This document shows positions 42,640 through 50,613 of a stretch of 64,000 bases of DNA, piece after piece (the first letter of the stretch is position 1; each line of letters opens with the position of its first letter). The stretch is from positions 1-64,000 of the IMG/VR virus record IMGVR_UViG_3300036770_006893, one strand, 5' to 3'. The position numbers and the translations under genes were made by a program. The notes beneath the pieces were generated by a model. It saw nothing but the letters and a program-made list of their open reading frames with translations. It made no database searches and had not been told where the DNA came from.

Positions 42640-43023
42640 CTCTCGCTTTCTTTCTCTCGATTATACAATAGAGTATCGGAATGTCAACAAAAAAAAATCA
42701 CAAAAAATCTCACTGGCGAAAACTTCACCGCCTCAGGTTTGGCACGAGATTTGCTACAGAGTTTCCCCACCTATGGGGGGTTTTTTCATTTTCCCTCTGA
42801 TGGGGGGTTTATCCCCCAAAAACCGCGGGTGGTCTAAACACAATAACCCCACCACAACCATTAAGTATCACCTAATCCTACAAGATGCAACCATAAGATT
42901 ATGTGTAGATTACAATATTATTGTGCGCAGACTCTAGAAGCTGATGTTACAGATTGTTAGATAAGCTATTATGGTTTTATTTTTTTTGTTACTATGGTGT
43001 ATTCCATATCAAGGAGAAATTTT

Positions 43024-43368
43024 ATGTCTATATTTGTTCCTAATACCGGCGAGCTGCCAAATAAAATATCTAACATCTATGGCTATTATTATGATGATGA
43101 ATTTGCAACAGGAGTACCTTTTGGAGTAGCAAATCCAAACTATGGTTCAATTGTTGTTGATTCTCATATTGCTGATCCTATAGATCCTCAAAAACCATTC
43201 GCAAAAAATAATGATCGACCAATAGCTGTGGGACTTGATGAAACAAGCATTAATAGCAACGATACTCACCAGTCCTCCTACTATCCTGAACAAGAAAACT
43301 TTGGGACCCAAAGCCCTTTTCAGTATATATATAATGGTCCCAACAAAGACAGAATAGGAGTATTTTAA
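43024..43368 (+). CDS. Hypothetical protein, first gene of the rightward region
   Basis: AAGGAG RBS supports a start at 43024; GGTGTA motif at 42996. Confidence 0.65.
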   Translation: MSIFVPNTGELPNKISNIYGYYYDDEFATGVPFGVANPNYGSIVVDSHIADPIDPQKPFAKNNDRPIAVGLDETSINSNDTHQSSYYPEQENFGTQSPFQYIYNGPNKDRIGVF

Positions 43369-44558
43369 TGAGTGAGCCAATCTGTGCTGCTTTACAAGAT
43401 AGAATCAACAAAGGGGTTACAATTGTTGATGCTTTACAAGCAGACATATCTAATCTACAAAAACAGGCTCAAACAGCAGATACAGCTATAAAAATAGCTA
43501 GTATACAAGCAAGAATAAAAATCTCTAACGACAAACTTGCAGAATTACGACAAGAACTAGCGCGCTTACAGGCAGAATTTAACAAAAGATTTCCTAACGG
43601 ATTTCAATGCCAACCCCCAGACACATCAAATTGTCCTAAAGAGAAAAGCAAATCTTTACTAACACCAGGTTCAGATAAATTTTGTCCAGTCAAGCAAGAT
43701 GTATCTGAATTACAAACTCAAAAACAACAGTTAGAAACTGAAAGAGACACAGTTTTAGCTCAGATGAACGACCCATTATGCACAAGCAATGGAGTCGATA
43801 ATTATAAGCAATATGAGGCTCTAGGCAATGATCGCAACAATGCTTGTTTTTACTACGCTGGTTATAGCGAAGAGTTTAAGAAACTAATTCAAGCAGTATT
43901 CAAGGCATCTAAGCCGCTTAGTAGACCTAGAGTCTTGACCGCAAGCATAAATAAATTCAAAAGAGCAGTAGAAAACCTGAATAATGCTCGCCCCGCAGAA
44001 ACAGAAAGAATCAAAAAAGAATTCGAAAAGAAAATTCAAGAGCTAGACGATAAAATAGAAGAATTGGACGATCCTTTAAGCGATACTAACGAAGCCCTAC
44101 AACAACAACTACAAGACATATCAAAAGAGGTTTTTCAAAAATGCATAGAAAAAAATCCCATTAAAATATCTGCTAATGCCACTATAACAGCAACACAAGG
44201 GTCTCAGCTTGGTGGCCAGGGCGTTCAAATAAACATACAAGATGCAGCAGATATAGTAACAGTCGATCAAGAAAACGTTGCAGTAAGCATAGATGTACCA
44301 GCCGCTCTTGCAAAACTGGGAGAAATAAGCTGCAAACCAGATGCTATAGTTACATATCCGGTACAAATATCTGTTAATGTTAGTCTAGATCCCCAAAGCT
44401 CTTCTGATATATCTTTATGTTTTACTGATCAGTTTGATAGAGCAAAAAGAGCACAAAAAATTGGTCCTTATACTACTCAAGGCTCAAACTGTCCTAATGG
44501 ACCTCAATTTAATGGTAATATTACATTAAACCATTGCGTATCAAAACCAGAAGAATAA
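43368..44558 (+). CDS. Coiled-coil hypothetical protein with scattered Cys
   Basis: 396-aa ORF with heptad-rich segments. Confidence 0.65.
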   Translation: MSEPICAALQDRINKGVTIVDALQADISNLQKQAQTADTAIKIASIQARIKISNDKLAELRQELARLQAEFNKRFPNGFQCQPPDTSNCPKEKSKSLLTPGSDKFCPVKQDVSELQTQKQQLETERDTVLAQMNDPLCTSNGVDNYKQYEALGNDRNNACFYYAGYSEEFKKLIQAVFKASKPLSRPRVLTASINKFKRAVENLNNARPAETERIKKEFEKKIQELDDKIEELDDPLSDTNEALQQQLQDISKEVFQKCIEKNPIKISANATITATQGSQLGGQGVQINIQDAADIVTVDQENVAVSIDVPAALAKLGEISCKPDAIVTYPVQISVNVSLDPQSSSDISLCFTDQFDRAKRAQKIGPYTTQGSNCPNGPQFNGNITLNHCVSKPEE

Positions 44559-44568
44559 GAGTATAATT

Positions 44569-44901
44569 ATGACTAGAAGATTATTTAAAGGCCCATTAAA
44601 TTCTGATAAAAATGTTAAAGCCTTTCTTCATAGCGTTAATGATTATTTTGAATCTCCAAATCCATCTAGCATTGATGCTATAACAAAAAATATTAATCGT
44701 GCTTATTTTGGCCAGCCAGCCGATCTAACACTAGAGCCTAAGTGTCCGCCGCCAGAAGATAGACCGTGCGAAGGATGTGGCCCCACACCAACTCCGCAAC
44801 CCACTCCAGAGCCCACACCAACAAATACTCCCGTACCACCAACTCCCACACCAAGCTACACAATAGAGCTATTATCCGCTATGGTTGGCTTGATTCCATA
44901 A
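44569..44901 (+). CDS. Hypothetical protein with a Pro/Thr-rich linker
   Basis: PTPTPQPTPEPTPTNTPVPPTPTP. Confidence 0.6.
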   Translation: MTRRLFKGPLNSDKNVKAFLHSVNDYFESPNPSSIDAITKNINRAYFGQPADLTLEPKCPPPEDRPCEGCGPTPTPQPTPEPTPTNTPVPPTPTPSYTIELLSAMVGLIP

Positions 44902-44935
44902 AAAAAGCGGACCATAAAGGGCCCGCTCTTTTATA
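44899..44935. terminator. Probable bidirectional terminator
   Basis: A6-GCGG...CCGC-TCTTTT between convergent genes. Confidence 0.55.
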
Positions 44936-44956
44936 GTCAATAATATATTACAACGT

Positions 44957-45184
44957 TCAACTATCATTACTCAAAGAATTAATAGGGGTCGGCACATTTT
45001 TCTTTGGTCTGCCACGAGACTTCTTTAGAGACAGCTTTCGCCTTTGTCGCCTAACCATAGCTGTGGTTATATTTTGTCCTGTCATTTGACTTAATTTAGC
45101 TGCTAAATTTTCATCGCATAGTAAAGTATGGTTATTTTGAATATAGTCGATTTCTGAACTTGTCCATTTTTTATATGTTGCCAT
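44957..45184 (-). CDS. Small HTH DNA-binding protein
   Basis: KWTSSEIDYI...LAAKL...TAMVRRQRRKL plus an AT-hook-like GRP. Confidence 0.65.
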   Translation of the reverse strand: MATYKKWTSSEIDYIQNNHTLLCDENLAAKLSQMTGQNITTAMVRRQRRKLSLKKSRGRPKKNVPTPINSLSNDS

Positions 45185-45397
45185 AAATGTGTTCCTTTTT
45201 TGATTAAAATATTGACTCGCAATAGAGCAAAGTTACTATATACTAACAGTTGATCATTTTCTGGCAAGGAGAAATTATGACAGAAGACCATATTAAATTT
45301 GTAAGCTCTATTTTGGAAGTTAAAGCTTCCGGCCTGGATAATGAAATTATAAACGATCTATCATTACCCCCAGGCAAAAGTATAGCAGAATTATTAT

Positions 45398-46018
45398 ATG
45401 ACCAAAAAACCAAAGAAGAAAACAAATAAATTACCAAATAACGTAGATGAACAGGAATTCATAAGAGTATTAGACGTTATTAGTAAAAAACTAGGCCACA
45501 AATTTAAATTTGGCTATCATGATTTTGATGATATGAAACAGCAGGCCGCTATATTTGCTCTAGAGGGACTAGAGAAATATGACAATTCTAGACCACTAGA
45601 AAACTTTTTGTGGATCCATGTTAGAAATAGACTATTCAACTACAAAAGAAACAACTACCAGAGACCAGACAAACCCTGCTTAACTTGCCCCTTCTATGAC
45701 AAACACTATTCTTGCTCAAATAATCAATGCTCAGAGTTTAAAGATAAAACCGAATGCGAACTATATAATTCATGGTCATCAAGAAATGACGCCAAGAAAA
45801 ATATTATGCAACCATCTTATATTGATCACGACATACCAAACTCAAACAACTTACTAAACACTATACAAAACGAAGAAATAATAAAATTTTTGGACGAAAA
45901 TGTTAGCACAGAATACAGAGAGTCATATCTTAAGCTAAAACACGGAGACAAAATTCCCAAGCCACAACTAGTAAAACTTCAAAACTACATACTGTTACTA
46001 ATGAAAAATTTTGAGTAA
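45398..46018 (+). CDS. Phage RNA polymerase sigma factor (sigma70 region 2-like)
   Basis: DDMKQQAAIFALEGLEKYDNSRPLENFLWIHVRNRLFN matches the region 2 pattern; Cys-rich insert follows. Confidence 0.75.
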   Translation: MTKKPKKKTNKLPNNVDEQEFIRVLDVISKKLGHKFKFGYHDFDDMKQQAAIFALEGLEKYDNSRPLENFLWIHVRNRLFNYKRNNYQRPDKPCLTCPFYDKHYSCSNNQCSEFKDKTECELYNSWSSRNDAKKNIMQPSYIDHDIPNSNNLLNTIQNEEIIKFLDENVSTEYRESYLKLKHGDKIPKPQLVKLQNYILLLMKNFE

Positions 46019-46838
46019 TACCATGGCCAGTAAAAAAAGAGGACAACTTAGCTTAGAAGAAGAAAAATTTATCAGAGATCAATATGGGTCTTTAACCATA
46101 GAAGATATAGCAAATCAGCTCAATAGAAATATCGACCCTATTAAAAGATATATAAAAGAAAATAATTTAACAACAGTAAATAATAGTGAAGAGCTTAGAG
46201 ACAACGAAATATTAAAACAAAAACTTCACAGCAAAACTTTTTGGCCAGAGATCAAGAGACAGTTTGATGAGGATAGTGGAGAACTTCAATACTTTGAAGA
46301 TACATGGGTTGGCCTTATTAAACAATTTAGAGAAGATGTTTTACCAGCAGAAGAACTGCAAATTAAACAATTTATCACCATCGATATTCTCATCAACAGA
46401 AGTATGAAAGAAAGAAAAAGACACATAGCAGAAACTGAAAAGCTTCAAAAACAAGTTGATAAAGAATACGAAAAACCAGAAGATCAGAGAGATATACCAA
46501 AACTGGCCAACCTCGAAACACAATTAAGTTTTGCTAGAAATAGTATTTCCAACTATACAAATGAATATACCAAACTCCTAAATGAACAACAAAAAATTAG
46601 CAAAGACCTTAAAGCCACTAGAGAACAAAGAATCAAAAGAATAGAAGATGGTAAAAGTAGTTGGGTTGGACTAATTCGCATGCTTGAGGATGAAGAAATA
46701 AGAGAAAAAGAAGGCAAACAAATGGAAATATTAGCTTTAGCCACCAACAAAGCCAAAGATCACTTATATCAATATCATACATATCAGGACAATGTGGTAG
46801 ACAAACCATTTTTAACATCAGAAAGCGTAGAGGACTAA
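46011..46838 (+). CDS. Hypothetical protein, possible terminase small subunit
   Basis: N-terminal HTH-like segment, coiled coil, and position upstream of TerL; function inferred from position only. Confidence 0.4.
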   Translation: MSNTMASKKRGQLSLEEEKFIRDQYGSLTIEDIANQLNRNIDPIKRYIKENNLTTVNNSEELRDNEILKQKLHSKTFWPEIKRQFDEDSGELQYFEDTWVGLIKQFREDVLPAEELQIKQFITIDILINRSMKERKRHIAETEKLQKQVDKEYEKPEDQRDIPKLANLETQLSFARNSISNYTNEYTKLLNEQQKISKDLKATREQRIKRIEDGKSSWVGLIRMLEDEEIREKEGKQMEILALATNKAKDHLYQYHTYQDNVVDKPFLTSESVED

Positions 46839-46839
46839 C

Positions 46840-47838
46840 ATGAAAAAAACCGCATTAATCACAGGAATTACAGGTCAAGACGGATCATATTTGGCCCACC
46901 TACTCTTGCACAACAACTATAATGTTATTGGTTTATATAGACGATCTAGCACAGATAATTTTCACAGAATAAATGACATAAATAGTCCAAATTTTGTCTT
47001 AGAAGAATTTGATCTAACAGATAGTAGCGGATGCTATAGAATTATAGAAAAATATCGTCCAGACGAATTATACAATTTGGCCGCTCAAAGTCATGTTGGT
47101 ACTAGTTTTAGTCAACCAATAACAACCTTTCAGATTGATACTATGGGACTACTGCACTTACTAGAAGCTGTTAGATCTTGCTCTAATCACACCAAAGTAT
47201 ATCAAGCTAGCACTAGCGAAATGTTTGGGTCTAATTATGACCAAAATGAAGCTCTTGGCAAATATCAAAATGAAAATACGGTTTTTTTGCCCCAAAGTCC
47301 GTATGCTGTGGCCAAATTGGCTAGTCATAGACTAATACAGATTTATCGCGAAGCTTATGGACTATTTGCATGTTCAGGCATCTTATTTAATCATGAGAGC
47401 CCAAAAAGAGGGTCTAATTTTGTTACTAGAAAAATTACATCATATATCGGTCAGCTTGTTAATAATAAAATTTCATCAGAAAATAAACTACACCTAGGCA
47501 ACATAGAAGCTCATAGAGATTGGGGACACGCTAAAGATTATGTTAAAGCCATGCACTTAATGATGCTTCAAGAACAACCTGACGACTTTGTTATAAGTAC
47601 GGGCTCAACTCATTCAGTAAAAGAATTTCTAGAAATTGCTTTTAATTTAGTCGGATTAAATTGGCAAGATTATGTTGTGATTGATCCACAATTTTATCGC
47701 CCTTGTGAAGTTGAATTTTTAAAGGGAGATAGCTCCAAAGCTAGAAGAGTATTATCTTGGGAGCCCAATATTTCTTTTCAGCATTTGGTGATAGAAATGG
47801 TTAACTCTGACATAGAGTATTATAAAAATGTTTCGTAA
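46840..47838 (+). CDS. gmd: GDP-mannose 4,6-dehydratase
   Basis: ALITGITGQDGSYLA, YNLAAQSHV, YQASTSEMFG, SPYAVAK, ILFNHESP, RDWGHAKDYV. Confidence 0.97.
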   Translation: MKKTALITGITGQDGSYLAHLLLHNNYNVIGLYRRSSTDNFHRINDINSPNFVLEEFDLTDSSGCYRIIEKYRPDELYNLAAQSHVGTSFSQPITTFQIDTMGLLHLLEAVRSCSNHTKVYQASTSEMFGSNYDQNEALGKYQNENTVFLPQSPYAVAKLASHRLIQIYREAYGLFACSGILFNHESPKRGSNFVTRKITSYIGQLVNNKISSENKLHLGNIEAHRDWGHAKDYVKAMHLMMLQEQPDDFVISTGSTHSVKEFLEIAFNLVGLNWQDYVVIDPQFYRPCEVEFLKGDSSKARRVLSWEPNISFQHLVIEMVNSDIEYYKNVS

Positions 47839-48103
47839 TTTTGATGACCCTCAATATAAGCAGTGGCGAAAAAAGGTTTATACTAGAGATAATTTTACTT
47901 GTCAATGGCCAGGTTGTGGAGATAAAAAAAAATTGAATGCGCATCATATTAAAACTTGGAGTGAGTATCCTTCTTTAAGGTTTGTGGTAGAAAACGGTAT
48001 TACTCTTTGTAGAAATCATCATAAAATGATAAAAAATCTTGAACATATTTATGAGGCTATTTTTTTTAAAATATTAGCGAACAAAAACAATGAAAAATCA
48101 TGA
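47828..48103 (+). CDS. HNH endonuclease (terminase-associated type)
   Basis: W...VYTRDNFTCQ..GC...LNAHHI...NGITLC..HH. Confidence 0.88.
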   Translation: MFRNFDDPQYKQWRKKVYTRDNFTCQWPGCGDKKKLNAHHIKTWSEYPSLRFVVENGITLCRNHHKMIKNLEHIYEAIFFKILANKNNEKS

Positions 48104-48557
48104 CTTTACTATCATAATAGATACCAGAGAGCAACAGCCCTGGATGTTTGATAATTATACCACAGCAAATAAAAAATTAGACACAGGAGACTACAGTATA
48201 GAAGGATTAGAGCATTTACTATGTATAGAACGAAAAAAGAGTGTTAGCGAATTTGCAAATAATATCATAGAATCTAGATTTAAAGATGTTATTATGCGAA
48301 TGAGTCAGCTTAAATATTCTTTTTTACTTCTCGAATTCGATCTAAAAGATGTATTAATATATCCTGTTGGTAGTACCGTACCTAAAAGAATGTGGGATAA
48401 AATTAAGATATCTCCAGCATTTTTAATGAAAAATCTTTTAGAGCTTCAATTAAATCACAATATAAAAGTAGTATTTTGTGGGAGCGCCAGTAATGCTGAA
48501 AAAATGGCAGAATATATTCTCAATAAGGTAAACTATATTGAAAAATTCAACAAATAA
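48090..48557 (+). CDS. ERCC4-domain nuclease
   Basis: IIIDTREQ, LDTGDYS, IERK motifs. Confidence 0.85.
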   Translation: MKNHDFTIIIDTREQQPWMFDNYTTANKKLDTGDYSIEGLEHLLCIERKKSVSEFANNIIESRFKDVIMRMSQLKYSFLLLEFDLKDVLIYPVGSTVPKRMWDKIKISPAFLMKNLLELQLNHNIKVVFCGSASNAEKMAEYILNKVNYIEKFNK

Positions 48558-50568
48558 AATATTTGATGATGCATGGTTGGGTCTTGGGGATCTTTCGTCC
48601 CTTAGTATCCTCGATAATCCTATGATACATAGGAGCAAGGTAGATATAGAAAATCCTGACCTACACCTAGTAAAACTTTTAAGAAATCCCAAATACATAG
48701 GTACTACTTGTAAATTGCTTTTTGGTATAGAGCTTCACCCAATACAAATTGCTATATTGCAAGAATTTTGGATACGAGCTTTTCCTATGTATATAGCTAG
48801 TCGTGGATGGGGTAAAAGCTTTTTGCTAGCTTTGTATTCTATATTGCGTTGTGCGTTTTTCCCAGGCACCAAAATTGTTATAGTTGGTTCTGCTTTTAGA
48901 CAGAGTAAGATTATTTTCGAATATATGGAAACTATATGGAGAAGTAGCCCAATATTAAGGAGTATATTTAACGGTAATGATGATGGCCCTAGGCGAGATG
49001 TTGATAGATGTACTATCAGACTAGGAGACAGCTGGGCTATAGCTATTCCTATGGGCGACGGCAGCAAGATTAGAGGCTTAAGAGCACACATAATTATTGC
49101 TGACGAATTTGCGTCTATTAGTCCGGAAATATATGAAACTGTTGTTTCTGGATTCGCTGCGGTTAGCGCTAGTCCTATACAAAATGTCAAGGAAGAAGCC
49201 AAAAAACAAGCCATGAAAGAAGCTGGTATATGGAATGAAGATTTAGAAGCATTAGACTATAAAATGGGTAATCAAGCAATTATAAGTGGCACGGCTGATT
49301 ATGCATTCAAGCATTTTGCCTCATACTGGAAAAGATATAAGGCAATTATAGAGAGCAAGGGCGACACAACTGTGCTACAAGACATATTTAAGGGAGATGT
49401 TCCTAGTAATTTTAACTGGAAAGATTATTGTATTATTAGGATACCTTATGAATTAATACCCAAAGGTTTTATGGACGATAAACAGGTTAGTAGAGCAAAA
49501 GCAACTATACATACTGGCGTATATAACATGGAATACGCAGCTTGTTTTGTAAGTGATAGTGAAGGGTTTTTTCGAAGATCTTTAATAGAGAGCTGTGTTG
49601 TTTCTGATACCAAACCAATTGTTATTAATGAAAAACCGATTGTTTTTGATGCTACGACTGTTGGAAACCCATCTTGTAACTATGTTTACGGTATTGATCC
49701 GGCTAGTGAACAAGATAACTTTAGTATAACCATACTCGAAGTACATCAAGATCATTCTCGACTTGTTTATTGTTGGACTACTAATAGAAGCAATTTTAAA
49801 GAAAGACAAAAAACAGGTTTAATTAATGAGTATGATTTTTATGGATTTTGTGCTAGAAAAATTAGAAACCTTATGAAAATTTTTCCATGTAGTAGACTAG
49901 GTATTGATGCTCAGGGGGGTGGCGTAGCAATAGAGGAGGCGCTTCATGATCCAAATAAATTAGAAGACGGTGAGCAATTATTATGGCCCATTATAGATCC
50001 AAATAAATCAAAAGATACTGATGATCAGCCAGGACTACACATTATAGAGTTGGTTCAATTTGCTAAGGCTGATTGGACTAGTCAAGCTAATCACGGTCTA
50101 CGAAAAGATCTTGAAGATAAGGTTTTATTATTTCCGCGATTCGATAATTTAACTTTGGGTTTAGCGTTAGATAGCGAAAACAAAAATATATTAGAATCAG
50201 AATTAAATCCTATTTATGATACTCTTAGCGAATGCATATTAGAAATAGAAGAACTTAAAAATGAATTGACCACAATAGTCATGACACAAACTAGTACTGG
50301 CCCAAACGCTAGAGACAGATGGGATACTCCAGAACTAAAATTACCAAATGGTAAAAAGGGTAGATTACGCAAAGATAGATACAGCTCATTAGTAATAGCC
50401 AATATGATAGCTAGACAAATGCACAGATCTCTCAAAACAATAGAATATGATGTTATAGGAGGAAATGCCAGATCATATACAGGCAAATCCGGTCAAATGT
50501 ATAAAGGACCAGACTGGTTTATAAACGGTGGCGGAAATGATGACATTTATACAGGAATTTACAGATAG
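48538..50568 (+). CDS. terL: Terminase large subunit
   Basis: Walker A ASRGWGKS, IRGLRA, Walker B IIIADE, nuclease YGIDPA, KDRYS. Confidence 0.92.
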   Translation: MKNSTNKIFDDAWLGLGDLSSLSILDNPMIHRSKVDIENPDLHLVKLLRNPKYIGTTCKLLFGIELHPIQIAILQEFWIRAFPMYIASRGWGKSFLLALYSILRCAFFPGTKIVIVGSAFRQSKIIFEYMETIWRSSPILRSIFNGNDDGPRRDVDRCTIRLGDSWAIAIPMGDGSKIRGLRAHIIIADEFASISPEIYETVVSGFAAVSASPIQNVKEEAKKQAMKEAGIWNEDLEALDYKMGNQAIISGTADYAFKHFASYWKRYKAIIESKGDTTVLQDIFKGDVPSNFNWKDYCIIRIPYELIPKGFMDDKQVSRAKATIHTGVYNMEYAACFVSDSEGFFRRSLIESCVVSDTKPIVINEKPIVFDATTVGNPSCNYVYGIDPASEQDNFSITILEVHQDHSRLVYCWTTNRSNFKERQKTGLINEYDFYGFCARKIRNLMKIFPCSRLGIDAQGGGVAIEEALHDPNKLEDGEQLLWPIIDPNKSKDTDDQPGLHIIELVQFAKADWTSQANHGLRKDLEDKVLLFPRFDNLTLGLALDSENKNILESELNPIYDTLSECILEIEELKNELTTIVMTQTSTGPNARDRWDTPELKLPNGKKGRLRKDRYSSLVIANMIARQMHRSLKTIEYDVIGGNARSYTGKSGQMYKGPDWFINGGGNDDIYTGIYR

Positions 50569-50613
50569 TTGTGTATATAATTATATTACATTAGTATTAC
50601 AATACGATTAACT

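Larger units (their letters stand above)
23030..42687 (-). promoter_or_regulatory. More than 20 near-consensus sigma70-type promoters, all leftward
   Basis: TGTCAA (-35 on the minus strand) at e.g. 23052, 24445, 26754, 28068, 29327, 30319, 30492, 31548, 31990, 33361, 33745, 34685, 35050, 35324, 35981, 37470, 38989, 39768, 39967, 42383, 42682. Those checked have TAGAAT/TATACT/TACAAT at 16-17 nt and often CGATA in the spacer; another lies at 11710-11737. Confidence 0.88.
39026..42755 (+). promoter_or_regulatory. Cluster of sigma54 (RpoN) -24/-12 consensus boxes
   Basis: TGGCAYRAKATTTGCT (GG-N10-GC) at 39026, 39069, 40028, 40054, 40588, 41769, 41807, 42740 on the plus strand; TGGTACGCGGTTTGCT on the minus strand at 39045-39060. 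Confidence 0.8.
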
